DNA from: Bugula neritina
Taxonomy: Eukaryota; Animalia; Bryozoa
Direction: 5' to 3'
DNA: 64,000 nucleotides
Assembly (NCBI GenBank): GCA_964035545.1
Contig: OZ037765.1
Location: forward strand, 12,906,698 to 12,970,697
The notes under the pieces are model-generated. The model ran no database searches. It was not told the DNA's origin and saw nothing but the letters and a program-made list of their open reading frames with translations. Below, piece by piece: positions 61,541-64,000 of this stretch; position 1 is the stretch's first letter, and each line of letters starts with the position of its first letter. Position numbers and translations under genes: made by a program.

Positions 61541-62425
61541 GGCCCAACTTACTCCACATCAGAGGTAAGTTGGGTCACCATCAAAAACAAATGGGGAAAG
61601 TTAGGTTGCTATTCATTGCTATAGTATCTAACATATTGGTAAAATAAATTCAGTTTAATAATGTTTGTTAGGTCTTAGGAATGATTAACTGCATTTTAGT
61701 TTGAAAAAAAACATACAAAGTTTGTGACATATGCCCAGTTATCATCTCAGTTAGTGAGATTATTTCAGTTCGAACTCTATGAATGAACAAAAAAGAAGTA
61801 AACCAAATCTGTTTGGGACTGTTATTTTTATTTAATAAAAACATCAAAATAATTAACACAACTCAAAGCCCATGCCATCTAGTTAGTTGCCAAAACTAAC
61901 ACAGCCTGGAGTTTGAACAGTTGTTCCAGTTAAGACAGGTATTCCACTGCAGATATGTCTGGCTGTAGTAGCTTAAAGAATGTGCCTCGTGGATCTTCTT
62001 GTGAAAGTCCCCTCCAATCTCCTTCATCCTTGCCAACCACTATTCTGGCATAACCTACAGTAGAACGTTTTCCTTCATATTTTTCCACCGAAAACGCCCC
62101 TTCTACTACTACATTTGCCACATCCTTTTCTTTTGCTTCCACCTCAAATGGCAAATTGCTGTCTGTCTCTAGCGGAACTATACCGTTCTGCTCATCTTCA
62201 CAGCTGGATTCTGGCTCTTTTGTATTGGCCCGCTCAGGTTGTTCCTTTCCGTTGTTCAACTTGTCTGCTCATTCTAGTTCGATTCTTTCTTTCTCTGGTG
62301 TGTCTGTCAGTATAGCGGTCTTGACTCGCTTTCTTCTGGATGCCCCATCTTTGCGTGAAGCAGCTTTGGGCAGGGGAAGAATATTCCGAAGGGTAAAGCT
62401 GATCTTTGTTTCAATAATTTCATGA
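61541..62425 (-). mobile_element. Tc1/pogo (Fot1-like DDE_1) transposon 3' remnant
   Basis: ILPLPKAASRK...RKRVKTAILTDTPEK is typical of the C-terminus of these transposases. Terminal motifs GGCCCAACTTAC / GTAAGTTGGGTC. Confidence 0.55.
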
Positions 62426-62790
62426 GCATGCAGTCATTGCAACCTAATTTGTTCTTTTTGCATTTGACTGCTGGTACAAAGTAGACATTAGAAACTTTTT
62501 TCTGTAAGCACGCCAAGTGACTTCCAATTAAACTCTGAGTGTTTTCGGTCAATTTTTTTTCTGCGAGGCAGCAGTATATCGACAAAGCTTCACGAACATT
62601 TCTGTAATAGGAACATTGGTATGAAATTTACAAACTCGATCAGCTTTCAGTAGTTGCTTGTATAAAGGAAAGAGGAACTGTGCTAAATGTTTGGATGTTT
62701 TCTTCAGTGCCATGAACTGAATATAATATTTGCCTCGTAGAGGTTTTATTTCTTTTTCGGCTTTTCTCAACTTAAATGTCTATGCAATAA
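62425..62790 (-). pseudogene. degenerate ISL2EU/Harbinger-like transposase fragment, copy 1
   Basis: LLKADRVCKFHTNVP; homologous to 63490-63850. Confidence 0.4.
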
Positions 62791-63002
62791 AAAATGTGTA
62801 TATTATAGCTAAAGTAGCAAAGCCAAATTGTTGGATACTGTAGCAGTATTGGTAAAATGGTATGGGTTTTGTTACTGACGTGTTTTATTCAAAGGTAGAA
62901 AAATGTGCATGTGTTCGTAAAAACCCAAAGATAATAATTGATGATATATAATATTAAATAGGATAGTATTTAACTTACATATTTTAACCCACTTGGAAGA
63001 TA

Positions 63003-63190
63003 CCTTACCTTACCTATCCCTTGGTAGGACGACTGTTGGGGCACCACTGTTGATCTTGGCAACCAGCTCTCTCCATCCCTTTCTGTTCCCTGTCCTCAAG
63101 TTGTCCCTCAGTGTCTTTCCGGTCCACTCTTTTATGTTGTCCTCCCATCACTTTCTCTGCTTGCCTCTCCTTCTTCCTCCTTGTAGGATA
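63003..63190 (-). mobile_element. 5'-truncated RTE (BovB-like) 3' end
   Basis: Minus strand reads ILQGGRRRGKQRK*WEDNIKEWTG...WRELV; (TAAGG)n tail. Confidence 0.8.
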
Positions 63191-63349
63191 AGGTCTTCAA
63201 AAACAAGTCTAATAAAAAATATGTAGAGTAGAATATGTTCGAGCTGTTGCTACTGAATAAAAAAAGAATTTAACAACAGTATTAGAGAGGCAAACAATAG
63301 AAAAGCTATAGTGGTGGCAAAACAGCTAATCGCACTAAAAGAATTAAAA

Positions 63350-63850
63350 AAAGAGAACAGAGCTTATTTGCAATGCTAATGCAGATCTGAAGAGCTCAGC
63401 GAAACGTAGTTGGCCGTATAAAAATTTACTTTCGAGCAGCATCCTAATGGGGGTAAAGCCAATCTTTATTGCAATAATGTTATCGGTGTGCAGTCACTGC
63501 AACATATTTCTTTTTGTATTTGTCTGCTGGTACAAAATATTCATTTAGGGTTTATCTTTATGAAAAGAAGCCAAGTTACTTCAGCTGAAAATTCTGTGTT
63601 TTCGATCCATCATTTTTTTGTAAAGAAGCAACATATCGACAACACTCTACAAACATTTCTGTAGTAGGAATATTAGTATAAAATTTGCACATTTGATCTG
63701 TTTTCAATAGTTTCCTGTATAGAGGAGAAAAGAACTGTGCTAAATGTTAAGATGTTTTTCTCAGTGCCATGAGCTGATCATACTATTTGCCTTGCAGGCA
63801 TTTTTTACTGCTTTTTTGAAATTTGATGGCCAAGCATTTAAAAATGTATC
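63350..63850 (-). pseudogene. degenerate ISL2EU/Harbinger-like transposase fragment, copy 2
   Basis: LLKTDQMCKFYTNIPTTEMF with multiple stops. Confidence 0.4.
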
Positions 63851-64000
63851 GAAGATAACTAAATTACCAAATCCAAATGGTTTCATACTAAACGTATTTT
63901 CTGCAAATTTAGTGAAATGCAGTGACAATATAAAATCTTTTGAGTGACACCTAAAGAGGTAAAGCCCGTCCTAATGTCAATAATGTCATGAGTATGCAGT

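Overview
AT-rich, intron-containing animal (invertebrate-like) genomic DNA; the species cannot be named from sequence alone. The left half (1-33 kb) holds five spliced host genes: a REXO5/NEF-sp-like DEDDh exonuclease (+), a transmembrane-less synaptotagmin-like tandem-C2 gene (-), SUFU (-) and two tandem DHRS1-like short-chain dehydrogenases (-). The right half (34-64 kb) is a transposon cluster. Its main feature is a very young, GC-rich 7.4-kb Ty3/Gypsy element (identical 305-bp LTRs, ATAT TSD, tRNA-Leu PBS). It has a GUUAAAC slippery site plus predicted pseudoknot for -1 frameshifting, a second frame break in a G15 run, and, in the env position, a third ORF encoding an acidic/C2H2-zinc-finger/coiled-coil protein with in-frame splice signals: a candidate retrotransposon-encoded transcription regulator. 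Next come a full-length but frameshifted PHD-ORF1 CR1-group LINE whose 5' and 3' UTRs are complementary, a nest of decayed LINE/Gypsy elements including a twin-primed RTE insertion, a Kiri/Crack-like LINE, and Penelope, pogo and ISL2EU-like remnants. All exon boundaries, alignments and RNA structures were read by eye and need computational confirmation.
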